Assembly: GCA_905178155.1 (NCBI GenBank)
Contig: CAJINV010000017.1
Span: 488,722-552,721, forward strand
DNA: 64,000 nucleotides
Direction of reading: 5' to 3'
Source of the DNA: Amoebophrya sp. A120
Taxonomy: Eukaryota; Protista; Dinoflagellata
Each line of letters begins with the position of its first letter. The first letter of the stretch is position 1. Below are positions 48,557-58,998 of the stretch, in pieces. A program made the translations under genes and the position numbers. The notes under the pieces are model-generated. The model saw only the letters and a list, made by a program, of their open reading frames with translations. It was not told the DNA's origin and did not search any database.

Positions 48557-51500
48557 ATGGAGAAAGTAAAGGTGGTGGTGCGATGTCGGCCGGAGTCCGA
48601 CGAGGAGGTCAACAAACGGTACGGGGTCGCGGTCAGGTTCGACGATGCGTACCAGATTGGGATCACGGACCACACGTTCCGCTTCGACAAGGTGTACGAC
48701 ATGAACTGCAAACAGAACGAGCTCTACGACGACAACGTGCAAAACATCATCGACGGCGCGCTCACCGGGTACAACGGAACCGTCTTCGCCTACGGGCAAA
48801 CGGGCTCGGGGAAAACGCACACAATGAGCGGCACGCTCGCGCAGCCGGGCGTAATTCCAAGGTCCTTTGCTCACATCTTCGCGCGGATTCAGGCCGACAA
48901 CGAGGAAAGGTCGTTCGCGGTGCGCGTGTCCTTCGTGGAAATCTACATGGAGGTATGAATTCTTTGTACTCTGTTCAGGTTGTTGATGAATGAGGATGAG
49001 GTGATATTAGAGGTTGGCTTCTCGTCTTCCAGAACTACTAGCATCTTCTTTCGAGAAGTATTCTTGCTTGTACAATGGAGCGAAATCTTTCGCAAGCTCG
49101 ATTGAAATCCTCGAACCGATGTCAAACCACAGGGCATCCGCGACCTGCTCTCCCCTCTTTCCGGGACCGCGCAAAATTCGAATCTGCAACTCCGCGAATC
49201 GTTAGAGCACGGCGTGTACGTGGAGGGGCTGTCCTTTTTTATCTGCAGAAGAGAAGAGGACATGCATCACCGTTTGAACCAGGGGAACGCGAAGCGCACG
49301 ACCGCCTCCACCGCGATGAACCTGACCTCCTCCCGCTCCCACGCCATTTTCTCCGTGTACCTCGAAGCGACCCAGCAGGTCAAGGGCAACAGCGAAGTGA
49401 CGCGGTCCACCCGCGGAAAGCTGCACCTGGTGGACCTCGCGGGGTCGGAACGCCAGAGCAAGTCCGAGGCCCAGGGCCTCACCCTGAAGGAGGCCGCGAA
49501 GATTAATTTGTCGCTGCTCACGCTGGGCTCGGTCATCTCCGCCCTGGCCTCGACGCCCCGGCCGAACCACATTCCCTACCGAGACAGTAAGTTGACGCGG
49601 TTGCTGGAGGATTCGCTGGGTGGAAACGCAAAGACCGTGATGATCGCCACCGTCGGCCCCTCCAACTACAACATCGACGAGACGGTGCAAACGCTCCGGT
49701 ACGCCAACCGGGTGAAATCCATTGTAAACAAGCCCACGGTGAACGCGGACGTGAAGGACAGACTGATCAACGAGCTGCAGCGCGAACTCGACCAGGTGCG
49801 CGCGCAGGCGGTGCTGCCCCCGGACTTGGAGCAGCTCCCGCTCGTCAAGATGCTCCGGTCCGATTTGTCGAAGATGAAGGCACTGCTGAAGTCCGCGGAG
49901 CGGGCGGCCATCGAGGCGGAGATCAAATCCGAAAAGCTGGAGAGAGAAAAGCTGGAACTGCAAAAACAGTTCGAGGCCTTGGCCGCGGAGAATCGCAGTT
50001 ATGAATCAGAAGTATTGAACTCCGTGGAACAGTTGAAGGTGCTTGAAACAGCAACCGGCGTCGCGGTGAACATTTCCGGCGCTGGAGGAAAAACAACTTC
50101 AAGAGCCGCGGCAACTTCGACGACGGGGGTAGGCACGTCGGGACCAACGACCACAGAAACCGGTACTACGGGACCACCTTCCAAAATGAATACAGATGCA
50201 GCGACCGGCACAGCACAACAAGGTGGCTCACCGCTGGACCAGAGCCAAAGTAATCTGAACCCAAATCAATTTGCGCTGGTTCCGTATGATGAGGAGAAGG
50301 CGAACAGGATCACGAGGGAGAAGGAGTTAATGCAAAAAGACGCGGATGCTTTACGGGAGGAAAACGAGGAGCTGATGAAGGCCCTCGCCACGGTGGTCAC
50401 AGACCAGGAGGAGCTGATGGACCTACGGGACAAAGAGCAGTATTTATTGCGCCAGGAGGCGGAACTGATCGTGGACAAACACGACCTGTTGCAGTTGAAG
50501 GACAACCTCGCGCACTCCGAAAAGATGAACGCGGAGTTGCTCGTGAAGCAAGAGGAGCTGTTGGAACTGGTCGAGCGACTCTCCTATCAAATGCAAATAT
50601 GTCTGGGTCTGGAAGAGTGCCAGACTTGTCATGCAGGTTTTCCATGACCCATGAGCTCTGGTATGTAGGACATAGCATGACAGACTCTGTGAGCGTTCTA
50701 TCATGCGTACTCTGCATGAGAAACTGCCTCTCGATTAGGTCAAAAGTGGGCAGCTTTTGGTAATCACGCAACACAGATTTTTGCACTATCCAGAATTAGC
50801 ATGACAAGTTACATCCTTCCAGACCCAGACATATTTGCAATGCATATCTCCAAACGCGAGGAAATCGCGGAGGAGTCGTGGCGCGCGGTGTCCGAGTTGC
50901 GCGCGCGGGATATCAAATGTAAAAATGTCTGGGTCTGGAAACGTGTGATGCTGGGTGGCGTCTCATGATGAGGCTACAGATGCTGGCTCAGCATGACAAG
51001 TTTCTGAGCTTCTAGGTGTTGCCTATTCTGCATGACAATCTGCGCTTCTGCATCACAGAAAAACGGAGCTCTTGCGTAACGTGCATGACAGATTTAAGAG
51101 TCATGCCAGACAAGCATGACAAACATACACTCTTCCAGACCCAGACACCTTTACACTTGATACGGGACACGCACGAGCAACTGTCCCAACAAAACCGGGC
51201 GACTAACCAGCATTACCTCGCCACGGCCAGCCAGTTCGGGGCAAACAACTACAACATGAACACCGCCGCGCCCCCCGGCGGCGCGGACGAACTGTACCGG
51301 TACCCGGAAACCGCGACGGGCGGCAACCAGTACCGCAGTTTTCAATCCCCGGGCGTGGATCTGAACACCGGGGGGGTGAACAGCTTTTCCTTAACGCCGA
51401 ACACGCAACAGCAAGTGTCCTTCCGACACGCAGACACCATGTTGCGTGCGACAGAGAACAATAATTTCGATAATAGTGGTGCTGCTGGTGGTGGCGGTGG

Positions 51501-52581
51501 CCAATCTAGTGCTGCACAAGCACAGTATGGAGGTCAACAAGAACAGAACAGCAATCTCTTTCCTCAGCCGAGTTCAACAACTGCCTCGAATAGTACCGGG
51601 CAAGTCCAAGTGAACTTGGATATTTTGGAGCTGGTCCCCACCAGCTCCGTCTACCCCATTCCCCTCCCCGAGGCGTTGCGCTGCGCGGAGCTGCTGTCCG
51701 CGATAGCCCTGCAGCAACATCAGTACGCGGTGGACCAGCAACAGTCGGCGACCCGGGCGTTCGGCGGCACGTCCTCCGCTTCTCTCTCCGCCAAGGAGAT
51801 CGCGAAAACGGCACAGGAAACGCTCCGGGACGCGGAAAAGTTGGAGTTCAAGTTGCGGGGCTCCACGAACTTGGTGGGCCGGGCCGCGGCGGTGATCGGG
51901 TGGCGCAAGAAGCCGGTATGGGGTTCTCAAACGTTCTTACATTCTCAACTGTTACATGAATTTGTCATGCAAGAATGGCAAAAGTCAAAGCAGGGAGGTT
52001 GCACCTGTAGCATTACAAATTTCGCACAGATTTAGGCGCTGTTTAGCCTTTCAAAAATTTGTCATGCGAAGTAGCTTCACCTTGTGGATGTTGATGGTCG
52101 TTTTGCATGACAAATCATGTAACAGTTGAGAGTGTAACGCTTGAGAGTCCCATAGCCGGTGGACCAGAAGTCAGGGGACGTGCCGAAGGAGACCATGCTG
52201 CAGCTGATTCAGGTGCTGGACCGCGTGTTGAAGATGCGGATCCAGTTCTTGTTCGATACGGACTTGAACAGCTCCAACCAGCCGGCCGGCTACCAAAATC
52301 CTATCATCGTGAACGACCGACAGACGTGCAAAAAGGTCTTCTCCTGCGCGGAAATTCTCGGCGTCACGGTGAAGCGGTCGGGCTCGTTCTCAGCGGGGGG
52401 AAGTGGTCCGCAATCGACCACCTTCCCGAAGGACAACCACCGGTTTTCTGAGGAACGGGGGCAGCCGAACGTGCGGCCCGGCGGGGCGATTGGCTCGCCC
52501 TCGTCGGCATCAAGCTCGGGAGTGACCAGCACCACCGCAGCAACGATGCTCCCACAAGTGCATGGAGCGACGCCTAGGTGA
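48557..52581 (+). CDS. Kinesin motor protein (kinesin-2/KIF3-like) with coiled-coil stalk
   Basis: GQTGSGKT, SSRSH, DLAGSE, HIPYRDSKLTRLL. Exons about 48557-48952, 49133-50584, 50852-50910, 51168-51915, 52156-52581. Three of four introns are introners. Subfamily call tentative. Confidence 0.88.
50585..50846 (+). mobile_element. Introner/MITE family A, copy 2
   Basis: TIRs TATCAAATGCAAATATGTCTGGGTCTGGAAG and CTTCCAGACCCAGACATATTTGCAATGCATA. TSD TCTCC at 50580-50584 and 50847-50851. Confidence 0.93.
50911..51162 (+). mobile_element. Introner/MITE family A, copy 3
   Basis: 30-bp TIR with 27/30 match. TSD CGGGA at 50906-50910 and 51163-51167. Confidence 0.93.
51917..52154. mobile_element. Introner/MITE family B (long TIR), forming GT-AG intron 51916-52155
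   Basis: Imperfect TIR of about 52-56 bp (51917-51972 and 52103-52154) with TATGGG...CCCATA ends. TSD GCCGG at 51912-51916 and 52155-52159. Confidence 0.92.
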
Positions 52582-53265
52582 TAGAGGGCGTGATAGGTGG
52601 CAATCAACCTCATAATCGCCGCTATCATGCTGATGCTGTTCTTTCTTTTTGTAGAGGAGCAGCACGAGAGCTCTTTCTCCGCATGCCTCTAGTGTTCTGG
52701 TTTCTTTGCGCTGAACAAGTGTCGTGGGAAATTGGAACGGTAATTTGCTGTACTTAATTTGCTTATGTTTTTCTCGCCGAAAAAATGTCGTGCAGCAACC
52801 TGCTGTACGTAGTAACCGAAGCAATTTCATTTGCTCGTCCTTTGGGCGCTGGCCCCACCGTGTTCTTTGCAGGTGTAAGCATTTGATTGTTGGAGAGAGC
52901 AGAATCAATGACAATGCAAGAGTGATATCGATTCGCTACGGGTCGTCTGAGAGTTTGCGTAACACACTAGCACGAGTGGAAATCGTTTTCTCGCTTCAAC
53001 TGTGACGAATCGCTGGTAGCTACGACTGCAAGGGACGGCTTAACTCGAACTGTAACAGGAACCATAACTCGTTGAAACTATTGCCCGACAACTGTTGATT
53101 ACCCTATCGTCGATTCTTCCACGCTGCAAGCCAATGAAAGTTAGTACCGTCTAGGTCTAGCAGTAGAACATATCTTCAGAAGATAATGCTACCGACTTGA
53201 TAATTCCCCTTCCCGCCACGAGCCGTTGCTGTTGTACTATCAGAGCAGCCCGCCGAGCTTGAACA

Positions 53266-53732
53266 ATGACTGGCGCAAACGTGTTACCACCGACGGTGCC
53301 GCCGCTGGTGGTGTTTGTCATCAACGCAAAGACGGGGGCGACGGTATGGGCGGAAATAAGCACCAGGGTCCCCGTCAAGAGGCTGAAGCGGTATCTATGG
53401 ATTATGCTTTTTCTTTATTTTTTTGCAACGGGTCAATGTAGTTCATTCGATTTCGTCGAACAGCTCAAACCGAACGTATGCGTAAAAATTTGATCTACTA
53501 GTATGAAAACGAGCGTGATGGTCCTTACCTTCTTGTTTCTTCCAGGGTCGTGGAGCTCCAGACGGGTATTCCAGTGAAGGACATGATGCTGGTTAACAAG
53601 GGTGATGCGTTGATCGACGACAAAATGATTGGGGACTCGAAAATTGACCCGTTTTCCACGATCATGATGCTGGACGGACGGGACATCCCGGAGAATCCCG
53701 AGGGAGACGAGGAGGAGGGGGAGCAGAACTGA
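53266..53732 (+). CDS. Small ubiquitin-like-domain protein
   Basis: GT-AG intron 53391-53545. VKRLKRVVELQTGIPVKDMMLVNKGDALIDDKMIGDSKI has the Ubl pattern. No C-terminal GG. Confidence 0.75.
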
Positions 53733-54536
53733 ATGTGACAACTTTCTGATGTAGAACTTTAGCCACGACAGAGCGACGTTGTAACGAATTTGATTTCCTG
53801 CGTGTAGCTTGATTTTTCACGACGAAGAAACCGATACACAAAAATTGAAAATATCTTCGCAAAAGATATCGTTGGTAAGGTGGAAAACGGCCGCGCAACT
53901 GCTCTGGAAAAACTTATAAGTGATTCAAGTTGACATTACCGAAGAGAATGTACAACGGCGCGCTGGATGTTTTAAAGCCGATGGTGATCGTGTTTGTCTT
54001 CGTGATTTTTATTTATTTCATCTCTCGTAAACTAAAACTCATCCATTCGTCGTGCTGGTCGTCCTCGTTTATGAACTTCGGCTCTGCCTCTGTAGTCTGT
54101 GCTAGGCGTGGTCCTCGTGTACATTCATAGTCAGTGCGAGAAGACGGTTGTGCCGAGAGGGTATCTGAGACTGAGAGGCAGTACAATTACGTTGTTGCCT
54201 CGTGCAGAGTTCACGCTTGCTGATAGAACTCTCATCGAAAAAGTCGACGAGGTTGGTTGCAAACTTGAGCTGCCATTTGCTTTGTGCTCATCCTATCGCC
54301 TCTTCAGGATTACATCGCATCGCGTGATTTGGTCCTGCTTTGCAGTGACGTGAGAAAAAATTCAAGTATCCGATACTTTTTTCAGAAACGAAAATAGAGA
54401 AACTAGCTACCTGAAGTGCTACCTAGTTGGATTTGACAAATAAAACAACGAACATTATATATATCAACCCGTACCAACAACTCCTGAAACGTGGTCAGCG
54501 CCGTGAGTGCTACCGCGTGTCCCCGCTTCTACTGCT

Positions 54537-56920
54537 ATGTTTCCCTGTCCGTGGGAAGTCGCTGAGGAGTGCGTCGAGGAAGTTGTCGGTGAGATCGTCC
54601 AGGAGGGTGGCGAGCGCATTCACTACCACCGACTCGCGGAAAAATCTACTCCCTTCGCAGCGCAGGCGGCCTCGAAAACAATACTGTCGCAGCTCGGCAT
54701 CGCCTTTGTGCGTCACGAGTCTCTGGAAAACGACGATTTCCACTTGGAAAAAATCCCAAACATACAACCCAACCCCGCGGATTACTGGGGCAGGATGCTA
54801 CGACCCATCATGCCCATGGACGAGCATGAGAGAAGAGTAAAAGCACAGGAGGACGCCGCGGCAGCGATGGCATCGCCAAGTGGGGGCGGGGGAAAAACGT
54901 CACCAGGTGCGATATTAATTTTTTTTTGTGCTTTTCGAGTGGTACTTAGAAGCGCTCCTCAGATGGCCACGCGGAGGACGGGAATGATTGTGATTCGTTA
55001 TCGACTTTCCAGCAATGAGAATGAAGTTGAGCATGATTTTTTTATTCTAGGAAGATCAAGATTCATGTAGCAGTAGGAGCGAGTAGCGCTTGCTCTGCCA
55101 TGCGAAAAGTAAAACAAACCTGACCAGGTGGTCGCAGCAAGAAAGGTGGCGCAGCCAGTTCCGACGCGGGAAAAACCGATTCCAGAATGGACGACCTGGC
55201 GAATAGAAAAACGAAATTACAGGAGGACATCCAGGAGGACGAGGAGGAAAACAAGTACCGCCAGGTCAAGGAGCGCGAGGAGAAAACCAAGCAAGAGGCA
55301 ATTGCAAAGGCGGAGAGCGACAAGAAAGCGGGGGAAGAACAGAAGAGAAGGGCGGACAAGTTGCTCGAACAGATGGCGCAACAAACCTGGACCTTTGATA
55401 CAGCGGGGAAACTGATGTGGGTCGACCCAGCAGACGGAAACAAGTATTTTTTAGCGGTTCCGGTCCTACTGTTGGAGATGCACGACTAGTCCTGTTCGTA
55501 TGCATGATAATTGTGGCGCAGCATCTGTATCTGATGTATGCATGGCGATGTGAACGTTGAGTTACGAAAACGAAAACAAAAACAATTCATTGTTTCAGGT
55601 TGCCCAAAGTAATATCGGAGATCACATCAAAGGGAGAAGCGGTCGGGAAGAAGACGAGCAAGAAACAGGGAGACAGCCCCTCACCAGAAAAGTCACCGAA
55701 GTCCAGGTCAAGGTCACCCGGAGCGAAAAAGAAACCGAAGGGCGTACTGACTTACTACTATTACTAGAACACAAATTTGTGATGCATGCTTGCGATTCTA
55801 TGTCTATCATGGTGATGGATTCTTTTGTACTAAGTAACGCAAAGGTACAATAACTTTATACGACAGCCACAATTCACCGATGGTTTCACGCGGCTACAAT
55901 CCGAGCAACCGCCGATTACAGAAACGATGAACGTAAAATCCGGCGTGACTTTGATGTCAAAGGGGCAGGTGAAAAAAGGTGGCCCATCCGACGACACAAG
56001 GATGAGCCGAACGAAATATCAGCAGTTTCTCGAGGCAGAACAGTCTGGGTAAGTGCAGCTGCGTTGGAACTTCAATCATGTGTTTTCCATATCCTTTTTG
56101 CATGAGTTTTGTAAGCATGGATTCTCGTAGTTGTATGTTCATCACCTACCTACTGCTTTTTGAGTTGATGTCTGTTTTGGTCGAGCGCGAACTCTTGGAT
56201 GCTCGTCAGCACAGTCAACTCAAAATCAAAAACAGGCAAGCAACAAGCGCAACCTTCTACACGGCGACTCAGAAGACCGAGCCTGCAGCGGCTCCAGAGT
56301 TGCCACCACTAGACGTACAACTTGTTTTGAATCTGTGATTTTCATGAAGGGACTCAATGTGTATAGGGCATGACCATTATATTGATGATTTGTATTGCAC
56401 ATGCTTCTTCTTGGTCGCATGACGAAATAGAGAGTATCAAAGCGAAAGCGACATATAGATAATCACCGACCTAATCCAAAATCAAAACTTAAACTAGGTC
56501 TCCCAAGCGTCCCCCGGCCCGAAATCCGGTGCCGGCAGTGCCGCAGGTTCCGCGCGCGGTAGCGCCGCGGGATCGCTGGACCAAGACCGTCCGGGCGGCT
56601 CCATGTTCGGCCCGCTCTCCGCACCCTCGACCACAAAAGACTGGCGGCTCAAGCGGGACGCAATCGGGAATCTCGGCCGGTTTCCCCGGCACCACGTGGG
56701 CCTGCTGGGAACCACGGCTTCCGCTGGGTTCGCCAGGTGTCTACCGCAGCCGATGCTCGGAGCCACCATGGGCCACGGCTTGAAGAAGAACGAATCCTTT
56801 TTCTTCCCCGACACGCTAACTACGAACGAGTTTGAAAGAAGCATGAGCCGCGCGAGCACGACCGGGAAGTCATTGTATCAATTCAGAACATTTTATTCTT
56901 TGTGTCTTACTTTTTTCTAG
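54537..56920 (+). CDS. Multi-exon hypothetical protein (tentatively C2orf81/DUF4639-like N-terminus)
   Basis: Frame-consistent GT-AG introns 54907-55127, 55444-55598, 55744-55866, 56049-56235, 56315-56497. QPNPADYWGR motif. 3' end uncertain; family call weak. Confidence 0.65.
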
Positions 56921-57155
56921 GTTTTATATAAACACGGTTGAAATAATTGCACCGTGCCCACGGCGTGTGGGAGTCCTCGTTTGGACTTTTTTCTGAGAGA
57001 TGTAAGTCTTGTTTTTGTTGATTCACACACACTGATCATAATGGCTGCTCGTTGTGTGCTCTGTGTCTTCTAAAACCATTCGCACGCTGCTACACCTGCG
57101 CAAGCCTCCTACTTCGCGTTGTGTCGGGCCGTCGCCGGCAGCGGATGCGCTGGCC

Positions 57156-58998
57156 ATGAGCGGCGGCGAAGGAATGGATACTAGCTCTCACGGCGAGGAA
57201 TGCAATACTGCCGTCGCGCCGATGGAGGGCACCGGCGACGACTTAACTCCTGAAGAACAACCTACGGCGTCCATGGTTCAGCCGGACAAGCGTGCTGCTT
57301 CATCTGCGGGCAACTTTTCCTTCGACGCGTTCAAACATGGCAAGTTGCAAGGCAACTTTGCAACCAACGGACCTACTGACAGTAGCATGTTCAAGAGCGA
57401 CGGATTCCAGGGCCTCAAAAAACCGTACAGCACCACTTTGGACCTCGATCATTGCATGCCGCTGGAGATGAAGCTGGAGCCGGGGGGTTACGTTGTCGGT
57501 CAAGTTTTGAACTTAGGCAAATGCAGCAAGACCGGAAATCGCACCGACGGCTACTTCTTCGTCCAGCCCATTGGATACACGAGCATCGGCGACTGGGTAG
57601 CAACCAAAAACGAATACGGAAACTACAAAGGCATCTACACGACTTTCAACTCCACGAGGGAACAGAAGCCCGGTCTCTACCAGAAGGGGACCTACTGCCG
57701 TTTCATCATCGACATTTACACTAGAGGCTGGATCGCCAAGGACCTCCACGTCATTCCATCCCCGAACTCGCCATACCACATGAGGCTCCAGGCGGGCGAG
57801 ATTTTACCTCCTAGCGGCTACACGAGCCAGCCGACGCCTGCCCCCTGGGCAGCCAGCGCCAAGACAACGGAGAACCCGCTAACTGGTGACATTATCGAAC
57901 ACTTCCCGGCGTTAGAGCAGCGCGCAACAAGTTCGTCCTCGACTACCTCCTTCGCCAACAAGACAACCACAACGGGCATCACCGAGGAGCAGGTGAGGCG
58001 AATTGTTGCCCTCGAAGTGGTGAAGGTTACTGACGTGAAGAACAAGGAAATCGCCGAGCTGAAGGGGAGATTTGAGCAGCTTGACCGGGAGCTGACTACG
58101 GTGGCTGATAACTCCGTGAGCCATCTCTGTATTCATCGCGACGATATTGACGACCTCTACGATCGCGTCGGGCGTGCGGAGGATGTGCTCTGCACGCAGC
58201 AGGACGTCATCGAATCCCACGGGAGCAGAATCACGGCGCAGGAGGAGAAGCTGGACAAATGTGAGAAACACATCTACACCAAGCTATCGAAGTCGGTCAA
58301 AGCCCTCGTGGATGATATTGATGAGGTATTGCATCGCTCTGCTTCTTCTTCTTCTTCTTCACCTTCAGTCGAGCTACAGCTTGCGCCAGAACGCCAAGAG
58401 CTGATACGCATCACACCGCCTGACCCGTCCTTCGTGCGCGTGAGTGCGCGGCGGGCCCTTTGTGGTCAACGTGGTCATGCACAGCAGGCAAGAGCGATGA
58501 TGTTGCAGCAAGAAGTAGATGTCTCTGTCGGTCCACAGTATTTTCCTCTCTCTTTCAATATTGACACTTCTGACTTCTCTCCAGATGCAGCAGCAGATGA
58601 TGGCCGTGAAGCTAACGAACGGAAAGGACCCGACAGCACCAGCACCGACGGCGCAGGCACTGTCATCGAAGACTGCAGTGCAGGGCATGGAGACGGTTGT
58701 TCCGGACTCGGAGGCACCGACGTTGCTCAGTGCCGCGTCGGAAAATCTGCATGTTTCCGCGGTCGATGCATTGCGGAAAGGAATGGTGCGGCGCAAACGA
58801 CCCGAGCGGGGCGAGATTTTGGATTTTCGCGTGACACAGGGCGAGCAAAAACGGGCGAGGGAGGTGGAAGCGCCAGGAGCCGACGACGTGGAGGAGGAGG
58901 ACCCGGTGTCGCCCATGACCAAGAGCAAGAAGACCAAGACGGACAGCAAACCAGCGGCGCCCCAGCCTCCTGCTGCTGGGAGTATGGTCGGCGCTTGA
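57156..58998 (+). CDS. Predicted spliced ORF1p of retrotransposon 2 (exons 57156-58325 and 58585-58998; 527 aa)
   Basis: GAG|GTATTG donor; pyrimidine tract, CTGAC and CAG|ATG acceptor. Junction reads VKALVDDIDE|MQQQMMAVKL and continues the coiled coil. Confidence 0.6.

Noticed and set aside
14250-51162. Family-A lengths 272, 262 and 252 nt differ by exactly 10
   Set aside because: Only three copies; the other elements (238, 239, 254, 190 nt) do not fit the ladder.
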